From Candidatus Latescibacterota bacterium (lineage in GTDB: Bacteria; Latescibacterota; UBA2968; GCA-2709665), in assembly GCA_965203805.1 (NCBI GenBank), contig OZ241917.1, positions 4,640,001 through 4,704,000 of the forward strand: a stretch of 64,000 bases of DNA. The letters are read 5' to 3'. Each line of letters starts with the position of its first letter. Position 1 is the stretch's first letter. The notes under the pieces were generated by a model. The model was given only the letters and a program-made list of their open reading frames with translations. It had not been told where the DNA came from and searched no databases. Shown in pieces: positions 18,601-28,431 of this stretch. The translations under genes were made by a program, and so were the position numbers.

Positions 18601-19194
18601 CTATACGTGCGGGCCGCGTTCCCTGATGATCCGCAGCGCCAGGTCCGGATCGATCTGCACGATCATCTCCGGCTCGATCTTGCAATGACCGGGCAGGTCG
18701 AACCCCGCCACCGCACTCCTCGCGTGCCATCCGGACAGCGACGCGTCCATCCCGTCTTCCCCGAACCGCGACCCCGGCCCGCCGAACACGTCGTGAAAGA
18801 CCGTGCTGTACCCGTCCACGACCTGCGGCGACTTCGAGAAAGATCCGCCGCCGGCGGAATTCACCATTCCGATGCATTTTACGCAATACCACACGTCGTT
18901 GAGCGTCCCGTACGGGTCCAGCGCCCAATGCAGCGTCACGACGTGGGAAATGCCCGCTTCCCGGCCGGCCTCGAAACCGGCTTCCACGTCCGCGTCGTCG
19001 TTGGTGACCGCGCCGATCCCACCGCCTGTGCCGGACGTAAACACCAGCCCGGAAGGCGTGAACGTGGCCATGCAGATCCGCCTTCCCTGGGGCGCCGGAC
19101 ACGCGTCCTCCCTGGACCCCAGATCGATCCCGAGTTCCTTCAGCCGGTCGTAAACGTCGAAGTCACGATGCCACGAACTGTGCATTTCCGCCAT
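18601..19194 (-). CDS. RidA/YjgF-like family protein
   Basis: Motifs VFTSG, VK..GMVNS, QVVDGYS...DVFG and HARSAV...LP....E.E. Confidence 0.75.
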   Translation of the reverse strand: MAEMHSSWHRDFDVYDRLKELGIDLGSREDACPAPQGRRICMATFTPSGLVFTSGTGGGIGAVTNDDADVEAGFEAGREAGISHVVTLHWALDPYGTLNDVWYCVKCIGMVNSAGGGSFSKSPQVVDGYSTVFHDVFGGPGSRFGEDGMDASLSGWHARSAVAGFDLPGHCKIEPEMIVQIDPDLALRIIRERGPHV

Positions 19195-19340
19195 GTGCTC
19201 TCCTCTGTTTGAGATAGCGATTGAAAACGACCATTCAAAATAAAGTGTTCGTAAGCAATGTCAAGCCCCGATGACGTTACGGACTCGCGGATCCCTCCGG
19301 CAGGGAAGGTCGCCGAATCCGGGCTCTCCTTCGGGTTCCG

Positions 19341-20411
19341 CTACCAGATCGTGGCGGCGATATACCGTTCCCCGTCGGGCTCGTCGTCGTAATAATAGGC
19401 CGAGACGACCCTGCCGTCCGGACGCTGGACCGCGCGGGGATAGCCGACGTCGTGGTCCCCGCCGTCGTCCCGCAGGATCACGGGGGCGGTCCACGTCGCG
19501 CCCTCGTCTTCGCTCAACACCGCCCGGAGCCCCGACGGCGCGTCGCGGTACCCGTACACCAGACACAGACGTCCGTCACCGAGCAGCATCATCGCGGGTG
19601 GGTTGCCGCCCGTGCCGGTTTCCGCGACCGGCCGGTTCATATAGCGCCATGTCTCCGCGTTGTCGTCGGAGCCGTACAGGTCGATCCAGTTGCCGTCCCT
19701 GCTCTCGCCGCCTCCGCGGCATCGCACGGCCACGAGAATTCGGCCGTCCGGAAGCCTGACGCTGGCCGGCATGATGGCGAATCCCTCGGGTTCCGCTCCG
19801 ATCCAGGACAGGAACTCGAACGTCCTCCCGCCGTCGGTGGTCCGCGCGCAGAACGCCCTGCCCTCGCGACCGTTAGACTTGGCCGACGTCAGGAATAGCG
19901 TGCACGTATCCCTGCCATCCAGCAGATAGTCCGTCCGGGCGGCGATGCCCGGCAGTCCGAACATGGGCAGACCGAACGGACCGTCCCAGGAGCGGCAACG
20001 GTCGGTCGACGTGTAGAACCACGACCGCGCGCCGGCGGAGAGACCGGTCCGGGCACACATCATCGCGAAGTCCGGGTGGCTGAAATCGATCCCTCCCGGG
20101 TGCCCCACGGGCAGCGCGGCCGCCACTTCTGTCTCCAGCGAGCGGTTCACATGCTCGTTCGCCGATACTCCCTTACCTTCCGGAGAGGCGATCGGTATCG
20201 GTTCGACCGTCCAGTTGAGACCGCCGTCGAGACTGCGCGCCTGCATGGTTTCGAACGGCCGGTCCCGATCTCGCCGGTGAAATCCGCCGTCCGATTTGTG
20301 GTACCCCAGCGTGAACCCCACCACGATTTCGTTTTCCCACGACCAGATTCCGTAATTGGCCGGCCATCCGGCGTATCGCCCTTTTTCCTTGTAAATGACG
20401 ACATGTTCCAT
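19341..20411 (-). CDS. Sialidase/BNR-repeat family protein
   Basis: Multiple Asp-boxes (SLDGGLNW, TTDGGRTF, SDDNAETW, SEDEGATW) and DVGYP. Start refined to MEHVVIY. Confidence 0.82.
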   Translation of the reverse strand: MEHVVIYKEKGRYAGWPANYGIWSWENEIVVGFTLGYHKSDGGFHRRDRDRPFETMQARSLDGGLNWTVEPIPIASPEGKGVSANEHVNRSLETEVAAALPVGHPGGIDFSHPDFAMMCARTGLSAGARSWFYTSTDRCRSWDGPFGLPMFGLPGIAARTDYLLDGRDTCTLFLTSAKSNGREGRAFCARTTDGGRTFEFLSWIGAEPEGFAIMPASVRLPDGRILVAVRCRGGGESRDGNWIDLYGSDDNAETWRYMNRPVAETGTGGNPPAMMLLGDGRLCLVYGYRDAPSGLRAVLSEDEGATWTAPVILRDDGGDHDVGYPRAVQRPDGRVVSAYYYDDEPDGERYIAATIW

Positions 20412-20452
20412 ATTTCGCACTCCAGTTGTTAACCTGTATCTAAATGTAGTTC

Positions 20453-21007
20453 TCAACGAGAGGGGTACGGTGAATATACGGGCGTGACCTCGATTCGATG
20501 GCTGCATGTTCCGCACGTGATCAGGATTTCTACGAGCACATTCGCCATTCGATTCCGCGCCCCGCAGCCCGTGCAGCCAATTATACGCGGCGGAAGAGGT
20601 TGTGGCAAGAAACCGGCCCGAGGTGTCTTTCCAAGAGGGATCGGACATATGCTTGCGGCGGAGTCCATCGCACGCACTATTTCAGGTAAAGCCGCCTCGA
20701 AGAATTCTCTTCCGGGATTGACTCGGTATTCTTGCAAAGCCTGATGCGTAAGTCCTTCAGCAACGTCGCGGTCTGCCACGTGGACGAAGTAAACTAACTG
20801 AAACTCGCGGTATACCGACGTCGATGCACTCAATTCTGATACCCGTTCGAAAGGCGGACGCGACGACTGGCCGATCTTGAATACTGAGTCTGCAAATGAC
20901 TTGTTTCGGCATGCATATATCCAGCCAACACGTTTGTACTCGCGCCGCCTCTTATCCAGCGAAGCGATCGCGGCAAAACTCTGTTCTATCGGATCAACCA
21001 AATCCAT
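20453..21007 (-). CDS. T5orf172/GIY-YIG-like nuclease with a C-terminal zinc ribbon
   Basis: Motifs GWIY..N, FKIG.S, ERV.EL..TSV, AE..H..L and REFF; C-terminal CxxC-x13-CxxC. AGGA RBS before ATG 21007. Confidence 0.8.
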   Translation of the reverse strand: MDLVDPIEQSFAAIASLDKRRREYKRVGWIYACRNKSFADSVFKIGQSSRPPFERVSELSASTSVYREFQLVYFVHVADRDVAEGLTHQALQEYRVNPGREFFEAALPEIVRAMDSAASICPIPLGKTPRAGFLPQPLPPRIIGCTGCGARNRMANVLVEILITCGTCSHRIEVTPVYSPYPSR

Positions 21008-21489
21008 GTTCGTTGTCCTTTCCGGCAAAGAGGCCTGAGATTCAAATACAGCCAGCGACTATTATGGTTCGACTAATTCACACATATCCTTTTAGATCAC
21101 CTACATAACTGCACGCACATCGACACGTACCCAAATACTGCAGAAATAACCCTCGGGTGGGCATCGCACAGAAAGGCCATTCAGCCGCATTCACTTCATT
21201 GCCATTTGAGATTCCACCAATCAATCAGGTCTGCGTTTGTCCATTGGTTCAGATTCCCGATGAATCAGATGCCTGAAAGCCCACTTCCCTGAATTCATGA
21301 TATCGTTTCTACGAGTCGATTCGAATGCGGAGTCCCACATTCGCTTAGCCGTCAAGGTGCTTGACTCACATTCTCCTTTGGGACCGATTGGAACACCAGC
21401 CCAGCGCAAATCCGCCTTGTGCGCCGTGACAGGCGGCATTATTCTATACCGGTCACAGCAAACAGCTTCTAAATAGAAAGGACTCTTCG

Positions 21490-22134
21490 ATGGACACACT
21501 GCAACTCGCGCCGCCTCCCAACGCCTTCGTCCTGTTCAACGGCCGGGATCTCAGCAACTGGACCTCCGTCGACGGCGGCGAACCCGGCTGGTCCGTGGAA
21601 GACGGCATCCTGCAGGTCGTGCCCCGCTCCGGGAATATCGTGCATACCGAACCCCTGACCGATTTCTATATGCACCTGGAATTCCGATGCCCGGACATGC
21701 CCGAGGCCACGGGACAGGCCAAGGGCAACAGCGGCGTCTTTCTCCACGGACTCTATGAGATTCAGGTCCTGGATTCGTCGGGGATCAACATTCCGGGCAC
21801 AGGAGACTGCGGCGCCTTCTACGATCAGTCGGCGCCCCTAGTGAACGCGTGCAGACCGGCCATGGAATGGCAGACGTACGATATCTGCTTCCGCGCGCCG
21901 CGTCTGAACGAGACGGGCGAGATGTCCGAACACGCCCGCGCCACCGTTCTCCAAAACGGCATCGTGATCCAGAACAACGTGGAGATCTCAGGCCCGACGG
22001 GTTCCGCCTCGAATAAGCCGGTGGAAACCTCCGGTCCGCTGCTCCTGCAGGACCACGGAGACCGGGTCGCCTTCCGGAACATCTGGGCGGTGCCCCTTCC
22101 ACTAACGGGATCCGATACCTACGAACCGAGATAG
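21490..22134 (+). CDS. DUF1080 (3-keto-disaccharide hydrolase-like) protein
   Basis: Motifs LFNG.DL..W, GNSGVFL, YEIQVLDS and LLQDHG..V.FRNIW. Confidence 0.9.
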   Translation: MDTLQLAPPPNAFVLFNGRDLSNWTSVDGGEPGWSVEDGILQVVPRSGNIVHTEPLTDFYMHLEFRCPDMPEATGQAKGNSGVFLHGLYEIQVLDSSGINIPGTGDCGAFYDQSAPLVNACRPAMEWQTYDICFRAPRLNETGEMSEHARATVLQNGIVIQNNVEISGPTGSASNKPVETSGPLLLQDHGDRVAFRNIWAVPLPLTGSDTYEPR

Positions 22135-22208
22135 CACTCGCATCCGGGAGACTGAAATTCACGGCAGATCGGCCTGAACTGAAACAAATCCCCATTTAAT
22201 CCGGACCT

Positions 22209-22805
22209 ATGACCGACACCATGGAACTGAAAAGCCTGGATACGGACCCCCGCCTCCTCAGGTTCGCCCTCAACGGGAGCGGCGTCGACGGGCCCTCCTT
22301 CGATGCCTGGAAGCAGGCCCGATCGTTCATCGCCTCCGCGATCCACAGGCCCGGAACCCTGCTCGACATCGGCTGCGCCAACGGTTTTCTGCTGCGCTGT
22401 CTCGCCGAGTGGAGCAACCACCAACTCACCCCGTTCGGTTTCGACGCCAGCGCGGGCAGGGTCCGGGATACCGCACGGTTTTTCCCCGCGCAAAGCGAAC
22501 GGTTCGCCCGCCTTCCGGTCGAGCGGCTGGCGGAGATCGATGCTCACGGTCTTCCCAAAGCGTACGATTTCGTCTATTGGGCGGTCTGGGACAACTACCG
22601 TTTCGACAGACCCGAACGAATCGACCTTCTCGAACGTGCGTTAGAGAGCGTAAGGGACGACGGGCGGCTGATCCTGGGCTTCTACGACCGCGAGCCGGAG
22701 ACGATTGAAAATAAAATCGCCCAGATCCGGGCGCTCAACCTGGGGCATGCCGTCCGCGCGGCCAATCCGAACGGACCGCAAGTACTGCTCAGGATATCGA
22801 AATAG
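22209..22805 (+). CDS. Class I SAM-dependent methyltransferase
   Basis: Motifs LLDIGCANGFL, YDFVY and GRLILG. Confidence 0.75.
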   Translation: MTDTMELKSLDTDPRLLRFALNGSGVDGPSFDAWKQARSFIASAIHRPGTLLDIGCANGFLLRCLAEWSNHQLTPFGFDASAGRVRDTARFFPAQSERFARLPVERLAEIDAHGLPKAYDFVYWAVWDNYRFDRPERIDLLERALESVRDDGRLILGFYDREPETIENKIAQIRALNLGHAVRAANPNGPQVLLRISK

Positions 22806-22809
22806 CAAA

Positions 22810-22936
22810 GGCGGTGAGCAAAAGCGGTGAGACGTGAGACGGCCCGTCCGCCCGAATTTTCGATGTTTTGTTTGTAAAGGTTTTCCGTTTGATTTTGCTT
22901 TTGGCTGACTGCTGATAGCCGACCGCTGATCGCTGC
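22810..22936. repeat. Composite heptamer repeat
   Basis: GCGGTGAGACGTGAGACGG on the left and GCTGACTGCTGATAGCCGACCGCTGATCGCTG on the right. Same layout as 27125-27259. Confidence 0.7.
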
Positions 22937-22943
22937 CTCACCC

Positions 22944-23408
22944 TCATCTCATGATCACGTCTTCGAACTCCTGGAACATTTCGATGCTGATTCCGTCCGG
23001 ATCCAGCGCGTACATCGCGCGGGCGACCACCACCCCGTCCCGGTCCACGTCGGTGGGCGGATTGATCGAGCCGTAACCCGCCTCGGTCAGTTGTGCAAAA
23101 ATCGCATCCACGTCGTCCACCTCGAACGCAACGTGCGATGCGCCCAGATAGCGGTTTTCCTGGGGTCGCGCTTCGACTTCGGGATGCACGTACTGAACAA
23201 GCTCCAGGATGAACTCGTTCACGGGATGCCGCAGGATCGCAATCATCAAATGGACCTGATCGTAGCCCAGAATCGTATCGTACGAGGGTATGTCCTTCCG
23301 CTCGGATATCCGCACCAGTTCCATTCCGAGCAGATCCCGGTAGAACGAGACCGAACGATCCAGGTCAGATACGGTAAATCCGTGATGGTGCCCCATGACA
23401 ATGCCCAT
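22944..23408 (-). CDS. VOC/glyoxalase family protein
   Basis: Motifs HHGFTVSDLDRSV.FY.DLLG, LELVQY, HVAFEVDD and DPDGI.IE. Confidence 0.9.
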   Translation of the reverse strand: MGIVMGHHHGFTVSDLDRSVSFYRDLLGMELVRISERKDIPSYDTILGYDQVHLMIAILRHPVNEFILELVQYVHPEVEARPQENRYLGASHVAFEVDDVDAIFAQLTEAGYGSINPPTDVDRDGVVVARAMYALDPDGISIEMFQEFEDVIMR

Positions 23409-23704
23409 TTCTCTTCGCTCCCTGAAAGTGAATAGAGGCTTGCGACGCATACCCCAACAGCGCCGGTCGTGACCCGTCACGTCTTCCGCCGGCCGATATC
23501 CGGTTCGGCTAATATAAAGCCTGACCCTATAATATCAAGGCCGGCTTGAGACGGCACGGGCAGATGACGTGCGTGATCGCCAGATTCAGGGAACTCCCGG
23601 CCCGGCGCGGTCGTCTATATTGAACCAGTCGAGGCCGGGCCCGCCCAATCGTTGGGCAACCTCCCGCCCGGTCCGTTCTCATACCGTTTCAAAGGAGTTC
23701 GTCC

Positions 23705-24136
23705 ATGCGAATCCGAAGCACGCTTTCCCTGGCAGCCCTTTCCCTTCTGCTGATCGCCGGACCCGGTTTCGCGGGTGCAGTCGAGGTGCCGGGCGAAGGC
23801 GATCCGGCCCTTTACGTCGTGAAAGTACACGCCGACTGGTGCGGGTCATGTACGGCGCTGACTCCGGTCCTGGAGGAGGTCCGGGCGTCTCTTGCGGACA
23901 AGCCCGTCCTCTTTCTCGAACTCGACGTGACCGACGCGAAACGCACCGCCCAGTCCCGATTGCTGGCCGCCGCCCTCGGGATCGAGGAGCCGTTCAAGGC
24001 CAACAACAAGACAGGCCTCGTAATGCTCATCGATCCTGCCAAAAAGGCCGTCGTGGAAACCCTCACGCGCAAGAATCCCGCGGAGGAGATGACCGGAAAG
24101 ATCAAGGCGCACATCGCCATGGACGGGAAATCCTGA
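23705..24136 (+). CDS. Exported thioredoxin-like protein
   Basis: Signal-peptide-like N-terminus and HADWCGSC. Confidence 0.8.
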   Translation: MRIRSTLSLAALSLLLIAGPGFAGAVEVPGEGDPALYVVKVHADWCGSCTALTPVLEEVRASLADKPVLFLELDVTDAKRTAQSRLLAAALGIEEPFKANNKTGLVMLIDPAKKAVVETLTRKNPAEEMTGKIKAHIAMDGKS

Positions 24137-24196
24137 GCATGGATGGCTGAGCTGCGCGCGGATATGCGCGCGTCCCATCAGGGAGGGGGAGTCCGG

Positions 24197-25264
24197 ATGA
24201 TCATTGAGAAAATCACGGCCACAAGCGTCAGTATCCCCTACGCCGCACCGGTCGGACCGTACGTCGGTCGCGGCGCCGGCGGGGGCACGCTGGGCGGAAC
24301 CGGTCTCATTGTCAGGATCGAGTCGGATTCCGGGCTGGTGGGATGGGGTGAAGGCACCGGCGGTTTTGAGGCGGACCCGAACGCGATCCTGGCGGGCAGC
24401 CACGTTTCTGACATCGAAAAAGCGATCGGACGCATGGAAAATGCGGGCATCCCGAGGGGTCCGATGTCCGGCGTCGAAATGGCGCTCTGGGACCTCCTGG
24501 GCAAGCACGCCGGGCTGCCGGTATGCCGCCTGATGGGCGGTATTGTGCGCACCGAAGTCGACTTCACCGCATGCATGGGCCTGAAGGAACCCGAACAGTC
24601 CGCCGCCACGGCCCGGGAGTATATCGACCGCTGGGGGTTTCGTTTCATCAAGACGAAAGCCGGCAACGATCCAGCGCAGGACCTGGCCATTGCCGAAGCC
24701 GCCTGCAGGGAGATCGGCGACGAAGCCGTATTCCGGCCGGATGCGAACGGCGGCTACCCGCCGGAAGAAACGCTGGATATCATGAAGAAGATGGCGGACC
24801 TGGGCGTCGCGCACTTCGAAGACCCGTGCCACACCGAGCATGTGGAAACGCTCGCGCGGGTGCGCAGCGAGATCGGCACGCACATCCTCGTCAACGGAGG
24901 TGTGGCCCTGCCCGGAAGCATCCGGCCCTTCCTGGAGGGTGACGCCGCCGACTCTCTGATGCCGGATACCCCGGCCGCCGGCGCGATGCTTCGCGTCAGG
25001 AAGATCGCTGACGCGGCCGAGCCGTGGAACGTCCCCTGTTTGATGCACTGCTCGCACGACCTGGGCCTCAAGACCGCCGCGATCACCCATATCGCCGCCG
25101 CAACGCCCAACTTCTCGGGGCCCAATGACACCTGCTACCACGGGTTGGTGGACGACGTTCTGGCCGAACCCTTCGCGTTCGAAAACGGGCAGCTGAAGGT
25201 CCCTCTCGGCCCGGGCCTTGGCGTGGAAGTCGACGAATCCAAGGTTGAGAGGTACCGGGTCTGA
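24197..25264 (+). CDS. Mandelate racemase/muconate lactonizing enzyme family protein
   Basis: Motifs G.VGWGE, EMALWDL.GK, KTK, DANGG, EDP and GPGLGVEVD. Confidence 0.9.
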   Translation: MIIEKITATSVSIPYAAPVGPYVGRGAGGGTLGGTGLIVRIESDSGLVGWGEGTGGFEADPNAILAGSHVSDIEKAIGRMENAGIPRGPMSGVEMALWDLLGKHAGLPVCRLMGGIVRTEVDFTACMGLKEPEQSAATAREYIDRWGFRFIKTKAGNDPAQDLAIAEAACREIGDEAVFRPDANGGYPPEETLDIMKKMADLGVAHFEDPCHTEHVETLARVRSEIGTHILVNGGVALPGSIRPFLEGDAADSLMPDTPAAGAMLRVRKIADAAEPWNVPCLMHCSHDLGLKTAAITHIAAATPNFSGPNDTCYHGLVDDVLAEPFAFENGQLKVPLGPGLGVEVDESKVERYRV

Positions 25265-25349
25265 TCCCCGGTCGGCCCTTCGCCCGGTTGTCGCCAGGAC
25301 GGGGCCGGCCGCCTCCGCGAATATTCCGACTCAAGCCGAAAGGCCTGGT

Positions 25350-26189
25350 ATGGACGCCGTGCGCGTTGACGACCGCGACTGGTCCGCGCTGACCCTGGGC
25401 GAACGCATCCGCCAGATAGAACTCGACGGTTACGTCGTCGTGCGCGATCTGCTCACTCCGGGACATGTGGCCTCGCTAAAGGCCGAGACCGCCCGGCTGG
25501 AGACCCGGCCGGTGGACTACAGCGTCCACCAGCAGGTCTGTCCGAATCTGCAGTTCACCGGCGGGCCCATCACCGAACTCATCGCCCATCCGCCCACCCT
25601 CGCCTTCCTGAACGAACTCTTCGGCGGGGTTCCCATCTTCATGTCGTACACATATGCCCGTTCCGAACCCGGCCATCCGGGCATCAGCCTCCACACGGAC
25701 GGGCAGCCCTACGGCTCTCAGATTTTCGGGTACGGCGGCAGCGTGCCGTTCATGGTCCGGGCGCTCTATTATCTGGACGACCTCACGCGAGACGTCTCGC
25801 CGTTCCGCGTGATCCCTCGCTCCCACCTGTCCATGCACGCCGACGCGAACCCGTACAAACGCTACGAGGACCATCCCGAACAGGTGATGGTCCCCGTTGA
25901 AGCCGGCAGCGCCGTTCTGATCAACCACAAAGTCTTTCACGGGAATTTCCCGAACACCGGCGCCCACGCCCGGGAAATGCTGGCTATTGCCTACCGCCCC
26001 GCCTGGGCCGGACCGATCGATGAAGTCCCGGCGTGGGACAAGGCCGATCTGGCCGCCCTGCCCGAAACCGTGCGTCCCCTCTTCGCCGATCCCAACACCC
26101 GCCACTGGAACTTTCACGGCGGCAACAAGTCTGCCAATATGGCCAGCGAGGCCACCGGCATCAATCCCAGCCGCTGGGATCGTCGATAG
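25350..26189 (+). CDS. PhyH family dioxygenase
   Basis: Motifs DGYVV, LHTD, YYLDD, IPRSH and FHGNFPN. Start refined. Confidence 0.85.
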   Translation: MDAVRVDDRDWSALTLGERIRQIELDGYVVVRDLLTPGHVASLKAETARLETRPVDYSVHQQVCPNLQFTGGPITELIAHPPTLAFLNELFGGVPIFMSYTYARSEPGHPGISLHTDGQPYGSQIFGYGGSVPFMVRALYYLDDLTRDVSPFRVIPRSHLSMHADANPYKRYEDHPEQVMVPVEAGSAVLINHKVFHGNFPNTGAHAREMLAIAYRPAWAGPIDEVPAWDKADLAALPETVRPLFADPNTRHWNFHGGNKSANMASEATGINPSRWDRR

Positions 26190-26217
26190 CGCCCCGCGCG
26201 CAGCCGCCGGCCGCGGC

Positions 26218-27105
26218 TCACGTCAGCGAGTTCCACTCCTCGCCGAGCGCATCGAACTGCGCGTAGAATGCCTCCAGCACCGGGTCCGTGAGCGGCCCCT
26301 TCGTCGTCAATTCCAGGTTATGCCGGGCATGGTCGGGATTCGTCGTCCCAACAATGGCCGTGTCGATGGCGTCCTGCGAGAGCGTGAAACGGAGTGAAAG
26401 CTCGATGGGATCCTCCGGCGCACCGTCCGGAATCTCGATCTGCTGCGCCCGTTCCCAGTAGGCATCCGCGTATCCGTACGGCGACGCCGACTGCCCGATG
26501 GCGCCGTTCGCGATCGGCCGCTTGGCAATCACGCCCATCTCCGCGGCACGCGCCTCCGGAAGCACGTCTGCGCGCCCCTTCTGGTCCACGAGGTTGAACG
26601 ACGTCTGCAGCGTGCTGAATACGCCCATCCGGATTGCCACCAGCGCGTCCTCGCCGTCGCCGCTGTACCCCACGTACCGTGTCTTGCCGTCTTCCTTCGC
26701 CCTCATCACCGCGTCCACGGCCTCGCCGGCTCTGAGCACGTCCGCCGAACACGTATGCAGCTGGACGAGGTCCACGTGATCCGTTTTCAACCGCTTCAGC
26801 GACCGGTCGATGCTCTCCTCGATGACCTCTCTCGACCACGGCTCCCCGGTGGCATCCCCGGTCACGTGCCCGCACTTGGTTGCCAGTACGTATTCGTCCC
26901 GTCGACCGCTGATGTACCGGCCGATCAGTTCCTCGCTGTTGTGGTAGCCGGCCGCCGTGTCGACCAGCGTGATCCCGTCGTCCAGCAGCCGGTTGAGCAG
27001 ATACCCAACCCGACCGGGATCCACGTCCTCCAGCCCGATCCTCGCGCCGCCGAACCCCAGGCGGGTGACTTCCATATCGGTCTTGCCAAGCGTTCGTGTC
27101 TCCAT
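26218..27105 (-). CDS. Aldo/keto reductase
   Basis: Motifs TLGKT...TRLGFG, DTAAGY..SEE, ATKCG and SLKRLKTD.VDL.QLH. GGAGG RBS before ATG 27105. Confidence 0.9.
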   Translation of the reverse strand: METRTLGKTDMEVTRLGFGGARIGLEDVDPGRVGYLLNRLLDDGITLVDTAAGYHNSEELIGRYISGRRDEYVLATKCGHVTGDATGEPWSREVIEESIDRSLKRLKTDHVDLVQLHTCSADVLRAGEAVDAVMRAKEDGKTRYVGYSGDGEDALVAIRMGVFSTLQTSFNLVDQKGRADVLPEARAAEMGVIAKRPIANGAIGQSASPYGYADAYWERAQQIEIPDGAPEDPIELSLRFTLSQDAIDTAIVGTTNPDHARHNLELTTKGPLTDPVLEAFYAQFDALGEEWNSLT

Positions 27106-27124
27106 CGCGTAACCTCCATCAAAA

Positions 27125-27259
27125 GCCGGGAGAGGGGAGACGGAAGACGGGAGAGGAGCGCCTCCCGTCCAGGTCTCGCGTTGAAATCCTTTTTGGGATT
27201 TTGTTGTTCGGGTTTCGGTTTTGCCTTTAGCTGACTGCTGAACGCTGAATGCTGACGGC
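27125..27259. repeat. Composite heptamer repeat
   Basis: GGGAGAGGGGAGACGGAAGACGGGAGA ... GCTGACTGCTGAACGCTGAATGCTGACGGCT. Confidence 0.7.
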
Positions 27260-27483
27260 TTTCTTGTGCGGACCGTGAAGATAAGTTCAGCGAATGGATT
27301 ATGCAAGAGTTTAGCCCGCGATCCCGTTTTGGGTTGACAGAAATGCCCTGCTGGTTTAGGTTTGATTGTTGCAACGCACGAAGCCAGAAGGCCCAACAAG
27401 CCACAGGAACGGCGGGCGCTTTTGTCTAACCGGGGCGGCGTTGACACAGCCTGGAGACCCGCTACCGAGAAGGAGAAAAATCC

Positions 27484-28350
27484 ATGGAACAGACCCGCGA
27501 CCGGGTGGCCTTCGACAATTACGTGGACGACGGCGGCTACACCGCGGACCTGTACGAATATCACGAGATCGATGAAGGAATCGAAAGCCTCGACGCTTCC
27601 ACCGATGCGGACGTGGATTTTTTCCACCGGAACGGCTATCTGGCCGTCAGAAATGCGTTCACGGGCGCCGAGGTCGATGACATGCAGAACGGGCTCATGG
27701 ATCTCATCAAGGGGAAGAATCCGGAATTCAAAGGCGTGCAGTTCGAAGTCAGCTACAAGGACAGGCTGCACTCGCTGACGGACGACGAACGGTGGGACGC
27801 GGTGCGAAAGCTCCAGTACTTCATGGGCTACGACCACCGATTGACCCGTCTGGCCGAACATCCGAAGATCCTGGACATCATGGCGCGAATCATCGGCGAG
27901 GAACCGGCGCTCTATTCGCATCAGGCCATCCTCAAACCGCCGCGGGTGGGGCGTGAAAAACCCTGGCACCAGGATCACGCCTACTTCAACCTTCCGATGG
28001 GGACGACCATCGTGAGCATGTGGATTTCCCTGGACAAAGCCACACCGGAAAACGGCTGCATGCGGGTGATTCCCGGTACCCATCTGCAGGGTCCCAGGGT
28101 CCATTTCAAGCGCCGCGACTGGCAGATCTGCGACACGCACGTAGTCAGAGACCGCGTGGTGGCGGTCCCGCTGGAACCGGGCGGCTGCCTCATCTGGTCG
28201 GGCATGATTCACCACGGCACGCCTGCCAACACCACCTCCCATCGGCGCAGGGCCCTGCAGTTCCACTATTGCCCCGCGCGCGTGGAAGCGACCACGTCAC
28301 AGGAGCGCCTGGCCGTATTCGGGAGCGAAGGAAAAGACGTCACCTGCTAG
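27484..28350 (+). CDS. PhyH family dioxygenase
   Basis: Motifs NGYL, KPP, PWHQD, WI.LD.AT.ENGC and HGT.AN....RRA. Confidence 0.92.
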   Translation: MEQTRDRVAFDNYVDDGGYTADLYEYHEIDEGIESLDASTDADVDFFHRNGYLAVRNAFTGAEVDDMQNGLMDLIKGKNPEFKGVQFEVSYKDRLHSLTDDERWDAVRKLQYFMGYDHRLTRLAEHPKILDIMARIIGEEPALYSHQAILKPPRVGREKPWHQDHAYFNLPMGTTIVSMWISLDKATPENGCMRVIPGTHLQGPRVHFKRRDWQICDTHVVRDRVVAVPLEPGGCLIWSGMIHHGTPANTTSHRRRALQFHYCPARVEATTSQERLAVFGSEGKDVTC

Positions 28351-28378
28351 CGACAGTCCAGACCCGCAACCCCCATTG

Positions 28379-28418
28379 AGAAAAGCCCCGGTGAACACAC
28401 GCCCCGGGGCCTTTTTCG
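28379..28418 (+). terminator. Putative rho-independent terminator
   Basis: AAAAGCCCCGG...CCGGGGCCTTTTT. Confidence 0.6.
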
Positions 28419-28431
28419 CCTTTGTCGAAAT

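Noticed and set aside
26218-28266. 682-aa minus-strand ORF, and similar long antisense ORFs (28297-29760, 36779-38515, 52264-54324, 60925-62295)
   Set aside because: These are shadow ORFs opposite well-supported genes in GC-rich DNA. Only 26218-27105 has real AKR motifs and an RBS.
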